Below, piece by piece: positions 59,366 through 64,000 of a stretch of DNA of 64,000 bases; position 1 is the first letter of the stretch; every line of letters starts with the position of its first letter. The notes beneath the pieces were generated by a model, which worked only from the letters and a program-made list of their open reading frames with translations, ran no database searches and was not told where the DNA came from. Both the position numbers and the translations under genes were made by a program. This DNA is from Spirochaetaceae bacterium (GTDB lineage: Bacteria > Spirochaetota > Spirochaetia > DSM-2461). The stretch is taken from NCBI GenBank assembly GCA_051531975.1, contig JAOPTT010000005.1, forward strand, positions 192,001-256,000. The letters are read 5' to 3'.

Positions 59366-59800
59366 TTATATAGTTTCAGAATCCCGGGTAAAAACATCCA
59401 ATTCACCTATATAATCCTTTGTCTGTAAAATGTTAAAAGCTTCTTCCTCGGTTTTTACATATTCCGGAACAACAAAAGATTTACTATCAGAAATATTATT
59501 AGTAAAACTCTCAATGAAATTGTTGGTCACAATTATTATTTGATCTGTACAACGGACCTTAATTTTTTCAGGATTTTCTTGGTCAGAAATAGCTACTGAT
59601 AAAACTTCAGGAGTTGCAAGTCCCCACTCTCTAAAATCAAGTACTTGAGCCCACTGTTTACCATTAAAAGATTTTGCAATTTCAAATATTCTTTTATTGT
59701 ACTGCTTATATGTATCTATATTTATAGCGCCAATGAATCTAACTAATATAATATTACCATGATATTCTATTTTGAAAGATCCGTGTTTATTAACTACCAT
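59366..59800 (-). CDS. Hypothetical protein
   Basis: 144-aa ORF with VLDFREWGLATPE; no function recognised. Confidence 0.65.
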   Translation of the reverse strand: MVVNKHGSFKIEYHGNIILVRFIGAINIDTYKQYNKRIFEIAKSFNGKQWAQVLDFREWGLATPEVLSVAISDQENPEKIKVRCTDQIIIVTNNFIESFTNNISDSKSFVVPEYVKTEEEAFNILQTKDYIGELDVFTRDSETI

Positions 59801-59958
59801 AAATAATAATATAACAATTTTTACAATTTTTACAAATGGGAATATATTAAATGTTAAAAATTTATACCTAAAAAAGTCCAGATTTAATATTTTTATACAA
59901 AACTAACAAAATTACAAATTAAATTTGACTGATAAATTATAGGGTGTTACAATTTTAT

Positions 59959-59988
59959 TTGTCGCTGAACGGCGTTCATTAGTATGAT
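59959..59988 (+). promoter_or_regulatory. TetR promoter containing a palindromic operator
   Basis: TTGTCG-N18-TATGAT with TGAAC-GGC-GTTCA (59966-59978) in the spacer. Confidence 0.55.
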
Positions 59989-60022
59989 TGGTATTCATTT
60001 TAAAACAATATATGGAGTTTGT

Positions 60023-60664
60023 ATGGATAAAGAAGAGAGAAAACAACTAGAAAAAGAACAAGCTGCAGAGAAAAGACGTATACAAATATTAAATGCCGGT
60101 AAAAAACTATTTTCAGAGAAAAGTCCTGGAGAGGTTACTATGGCAGCAATAGGACGTGAATGCGCTTTAAGTCCTGGTACCATTTATCTATATTATGTTT
60201 CAAAGGAAGATCTACTTTTTCACATTATGGCAGAGTTTTTATCAGGGGTTATTTTATTATATAAAATTGATGAACATCTTAGTGGTATCCAGGTTGTACA
60301 AAAACTTATAACAAGTTTAAAAGATGATTATATGATTAACCTTCCAATGAAAAATCTTGTTGCTCACTTTAATCTATATTATGAAAATGAGTACCCCGAT
60401 CTTCCAATCGTTAGTAAGTTCGAAAAAATAGCTAATGAAATAAATAATAATTTTGAAAATATAATCCAGAAAGGAATTGATGATCAGACTATTAGAGGCG
60501 ATATAAACCCAAGACTTTATGGCTGTCTAATTGGAAACCTTGCAGGTACATTTGGTAGTAGAACTGCACTTAGAAGGAAAATCCTGACTAAAAACCAGAA
60601 AATAGATCCCTTTGAGGAGTTTTGTTTAGCCTTAGATCTTATTTTAAATGCCTTAAAAAGTTAA
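60023..60664 (+). CDS. TetR/AcrR-family regulator
   Basis: ILNAGKKLF...VTMAAIG...SPGTIYLYYVSKEDL; ATG at 60023 follows GGAG. Confidence 0.9.
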   Translation: MDKEERKQLEKEQAAEKRRIQILNAGKKLFSEKSPGEVTMAAIGRECALSPGTIYLYYVSKEDLLFHIMAEFLSGVILLYKIDEHLSGIQVVQKLITSLKDDYMINLPMKNLVAHFNLYYENEYPDLPIVSKFEKIANEINNNFENIIQKGIDDQTIRGDINPRLYGCLIGNLAGTFGSRTALRRKILTKNQKIDPFEEFCLALDLILNALKS

Positions 60665-60724
60665 ATAATAAAGTCTGGTCGTATTCTTCGAATACTGCTC
60701 GACTATGCAACCAAGGAGAAATAT

Positions 60725-62257
60725 ATGACTGTTTTTTTTACAATTGTTGGAACTATAATAACTTTAATCTGTCTAGCTATTATAGTTTTATTTCGTTCTC
60801 TATCGGCTAAACGCAAAAAGTGGCAAAAAAAAGCTGATCCTCACTTGAAAGATCATCAGAGTTACCTTGATGCAATTAAGGCTGTAGATCCAGCTGAAAA
60901 AAAACAAGTTCCCAATGTCATTGTAATCCTTATGGACGATATGGGGTGGGGGGATATTTCCCACTTTGGTTCTAAGGCTATAAATACACCAAATATTGAC
61001 CGTTTGGCCAAGAAGGGAGCATCTATGATGAATGGATACTCATCCAGCCCTGTATGCAGCCCAAGTCGTTTTGGCCTATTAACTGGTCGTTATCCTTTTA
61101 GGGGTATGATTAATGGAGTATTTTTCCCAAGTATTAATCCTAATAAAACCGAAGTATTCGATATGGAATATGATGATGACGGAATCATTTCAGGAAAACC
61201 ACCTGGTAAAAACCCTTTAAAACCCTGGATGTTCTACCCATTAGCAAGAAGATCTATGAATGTGGATGGTATTCTACCCGATGAAATAACAATTGCTGAA
61301 GCTCTTAAGTCCAGAGGTTACCGTACCGGTATGTTTGGTAAGTGGCATTTAGGGGATAAATCCCCATATCTACCAAACGATAAGGGATTTGAATACTTTT
61401 ATGGTGCACACTATTCAAACGATATGGCACCTTATAAGCTATGGAGAAACAGTGAGATCGCTGAAGATGGGATTATAGATCAAAACAGATTAACCTCTAA
61501 ATTAACAGACGAAATTGTTAATTTTATAGATAAGAGTGAAGATGATCCATTTTTTGTCTATTACCCATCACCATGGCCACATCATCCCTTATCTGCAGGA
61601 GAAGATTTCCAGGGTAAAAGTAAAGGTGGTCTATATGGAGACTGTATTCAGGAAGTTGACTGGAGTGTTGGTCAAATAATTAAAAAACTTGAAGATACTG
61701 GAAAACTTGATAATACACTTATTTTATTTACCAGCGATAATGGTCCATGGCATCAGGGATCTCCAGGAATGCATAGAGGAAGAAAAGGAAACTCATTTGA
61801 CGGTGGACAGATTGTACCTATGTTGGCTCACTATCCAAAAGCCATACCCGAAGGGCTTGTTACAAATGAACATGTCATGAATATAGACTTTTTACCAACA
61901 ATAATGGGGCTTGCCGGTATAGAACTTCCAAAAGATCGAGTTATTGATGGTAGAGATATTATGCCGCTGTTAAAAAAAGAGACAGAAAAGAGCCCACATG
62001 ATGAGCTTTATTATATCTACAACATGGCTGCCCATGGTATTAGAACACAGGATCACTTTAAATACTTTGCAACTCAAAAAAGTGAAAATTCAACTTATAA
62101 ACAGATGAAGATACATCCATTCCTTTTTAATTTAAACATTGATCAAAATGAATCATATGATCAAAGAAAACATTTTCCGGATAAAACAAAGGTATTAAGG
62201 GATAGATTGTACAATTTTAATTGTGAGATTCAAGAGAATCCACGGGGCTGGAGGTAA
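60725..62257 (+). CDS. Cys-type arylsulfatase-like protein with N-terminal membrane anchor
   Basis: Hydrophobic residues ~3-23; PNVIVILMDDMGWGD, CSPSR, GKWHLG, SDNGP. Confidence 0.92.
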   Translation: MTVFFTIVGTIITLICLAIIVLFRSLSAKRKKWQKKADPHLKDHQSYLDAIKAVDPAEKKQVPNVIVILMDDMGWGDISHFGSKAINTPNIDRLAKKGASMMNGYSSSPVCSPSRFGLLTGRYPFRGMINGVFFPSINPNKTEVFDMEYDDDGIISGKPPGKNPLKPWMFYPLARRSMNVDGILPDEITIAEALKSRGYRTGMFGKWHLGDKSPYLPNDKGFEYFYGAHYSNDMAPYKLWRNSEIAEDGIIDQNRLTSKLTDEIVNFIDKSEDDPFFVYYPSPWPHHPLSAGEDFQGKSKGGLYGDCIQEVDWSVGQIIKKLEDTGKLDNTLILFTSDNGPWHQGSPGMHRGRKGNSFDGGQIVPMLAHYPKAIPEGLVTNEHVMNIDFLPTIMGLAGIELPKDRVIDGRDIMPLLKKETEKSPHDELYYIYNMAAHGIRTQDHFKYFATQKSENSTYKQMKIHPFLFNLNIDQNESYDQRKHFPDKTKVLRDRLYNFNCEIQENPRGWR

Positions 62258-62259
62258 AA

Positions 62260-63648
62260 ATGAATAATGATAAAAAAGATAATACAGTAAAAGGTTATAG
62301 AAGAGCATCAACAAGTGAAGTTGTTAGGTATGGTTTTGGAGGCATTGGCTCAAATATTCCATTTTTTCTAACACTGCAGTTTCTTATGTATTTTTTAACA
62401 GATCATTTTGGAATCAGTGCAGCAGCAGTTGGTGGGTTATTCCTCTTTTCGAGATTAATTGATGCTATTACAGATCCTCTTATGGGAATGTTGGCAGATA
62501 GAACCAAATCAAAAATCGGGAAATACAGACCTTATATAATATGGGGAGCTCCTGTTTTAGGGCTGTTAACTGTTATGTTATTCTGGACTCCAGATTTGAG
62601 TACAGCTGGGAAAATTGTCTACATATATATTATTTATATAATGTACTCTCTTGTTTCTACTGTTGTGAATATTCCCTACCACTCCCTGACTCCTATATTA
62701 TCCCAGGATCCTGATCAGCGTACAGTTATTGCAACCTTTAAACAGGTTCTTGGAATTGTAGGAATTATGTTTGTAAGTGTAGGTGCAATCCCAATAACAA
62801 AAGCACTGGGAGGAGGCAGCAAAGCATGGACAATTTTTGCAATTATTTCAGCTGTTTTACTTACCCTCTCGTTCTGGTTATGTGCAAGTGGTGCAAAAAA
62901 ACATGACAGGTTGGAGCACTATAAGAAAGAAAACTCAACTTCAGGTTTATCAATTAGAGAGCAGTTGAAACTTATTACTAAAAATAAAGCTCTGCTTATG
63001 TTGATGATCGCCTTTGGGACAGACATGATAGCATATGCTGCAGCTTCAGCAGTTAATATTTACTATTTTACGTATGCTGTAAAACGACCGGATTTAATTG
63101 CTTCCACTATGGGTATAGGTGTTGTTTTTTCAATATTAGTTTCTATTTTTATCCCTTTCTTAAGTAAAAGAGTCGGCAAAAAACCTCTGTTTCTAGCTGG
63201 TTCGGCAATATTGATGATACTCTCTTTCATTCTATTTTTTGTTCCATTTACATCTGTATCTGTTATATTCGTTCTCGCTGTTCTTACCATGGCTTTTGGA
63301 CCGTTAACAGGTGTTGTTGGTTGGTCTATGCTTGCCGATTGTGTTGAATATGGTGAATGGAAAACTGGGCTGGAGGGGGCTGGAACTGTATCGAGCCAAC
63401 TTACGTTTGTTAATAAACTAGGGATGGCACTAGGTGGATTTATCGGAGGAACATTAATTTCAATGTCAGGTTATATTCCTGGTGCCGATCAGGCTGAAAC
63501 GGTTCTGAAAACTATTGTTGGCATCAAGACACTTCTTCCTGTTGCAGGTTATATTGCCAGTCTTATTTCTATGTCTTTTTATCCTATAACAAAAGAATTT
63601 TATTCTAAAATGATAAGTGATAATGAGTTAAGACGGCAAAAGCAGTAG
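62260..63648 (+). CDS. GPH-family (MelB-like) glycoside:cation symporter
   Basis: DAITDPLMG..ADRT.SKIGKYRPY, NIPY, ADCVEYGEWKTG. Confidence 0.9.
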   Translation: MNNDKKDNTVKGYRRASTSEVVRYGFGGIGSNIPFFLTLQFLMYFLTDHFGISAAAVGGLFLFSRLIDAITDPLMGMLADRTKSKIGKYRPYIIWGAPVLGLLTVMLFWTPDLSTAGKIVYIYIIYIMYSLVSTVVNIPYHSLTPILSQDPDQRTVIATFKQVLGIVGIMFVSVGAIPITKALGGGSKAWTIFAIISAVLLTLSFWLCASGAKKHDRLEHYKKENSTSGLSIREQLKLITKNKALLMLMIAFGTDMIAYAAASAVNIYYFTYAVKRPDLIASTMGIGVVFSILVSIFIPFLSKRVGKKPLFLAGSAILMILSFILFFVPFTSVSVIFVLAVLTMAFGPLTGVVGWSMLADCVEYGEWKTGLEGAGTVSSQLTFVNKLGMALGGFIGGTLISMSGYIPGADQAETVLKTIVGIKTLLPVAGYIASLISMSFYPITKEFYSKMISDNELRRQKQ

Positions 63649-63658
63649 TAATAAAATA

Positions 63659-63689
63659 TAATCGGGATTATTAGATATAGTCCGGATTA
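63659..63689 (+). terminator. Hairpin after the symporter gene
   Basis: TAATCGGGATTA / TAGTCCGGATTA imperfect arms. Confidence 0.4.
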
Positions 63690-63818
63690 AATAATTACAG
63701 GTGAGTTTAATATCGAATGTATCGTGCCAAAAAAAATATTATTTATTATATATTTAAGCATCTATTTTAATTTGATTTTAATGTTCTAAGGGCTTAAAAT
63801 TATAATAGGGGGCAAGTT

Positions 63819-64000
63819 ATGTTCGATAGTGTTTCAAATGATCCATTTGTTAAACCTGTATCAATTCCGGTATTTTTGAGTCTTTATGGTTTTAAAAAAG
63901 AGTCTAGTGTATTAGATCCAGTTAAACCTGAAAATCTTGAAGAAGATGTTAAGATTGAAGAAAATTATCTTGAATACCTTTTTCATTATAAAAATGATAT
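63819..64000 (+). CDS. Start of an unidentified gene running off the window
   Basis: AGGGGG RBS-like motif, ATG at 63819, frame open to the window end (MFDSVSNDPFVKPV...). Confidence 0.55.
   Translation, partial: MFDSVSNDPFVKPVSIPVFLSLYGFKKESSVLDPVKPENLEEDVKIEENYLEYLFHYKND

Noticed and set aside
1338..63290. Numerous short ORFs nested in or antisense to long genes
   Set aside because: They fully overlap well-supported genes and show no recognisable motifs.
1..64000. CRISPR array, rRNA/tRNA genes, transposase or integrase
   Set aside because: No regularly spaced repeats, RNA gene signatures, DDE or tyrosine-recombinase motifs were recognised by eye; a degenerate element could have been missed.

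Overview
AT-rich bacterial window, probably from a free-living spirochaete; this is inferred from the 'VIFASGQNE' signal-peptide style of the ABC binding protein. It is almost entirely a carbohydrate and sulfated-glycan utilisation island: 5 intact Cys-type sulfatases, two near-identical GH99/WbsX-like genes, GH2, three GH38-type, GH78 and GH140-like (DUF4038) enzymes, an SGNH esterase, two URO-D-family proteins, ROK kinase plus mannose-6-P isomerase, ABC/MFS/SemiSWEET transporters, and AraC, GntR-LacI, TetR and two-component regulators. Between the catabolic blocks lie scar zones of shredded gene remnants, several of them diverged copies of intact genes in the same window. One is a ~0.8 kb collapsed ghost of the first 8 kb. 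Five toxin-antitoxin modules sit at these junctions; in two, the toxin is broken while the antitoxin is intact. The intact higBA is followed by a convincing integron attC-like site with a matching cassette-start motif upstream. A second attC-like site lies near 27.9 kb, and no integrase is visible. A TGATATATCA operator defines a probable GntR/LacI regulon, and one GH2 gene is split by a +1 frameshift in a C6 run. No rRNA, tRNA, CRISPR array or transposase was recognised. All family calls are by motif recognition, not database search.
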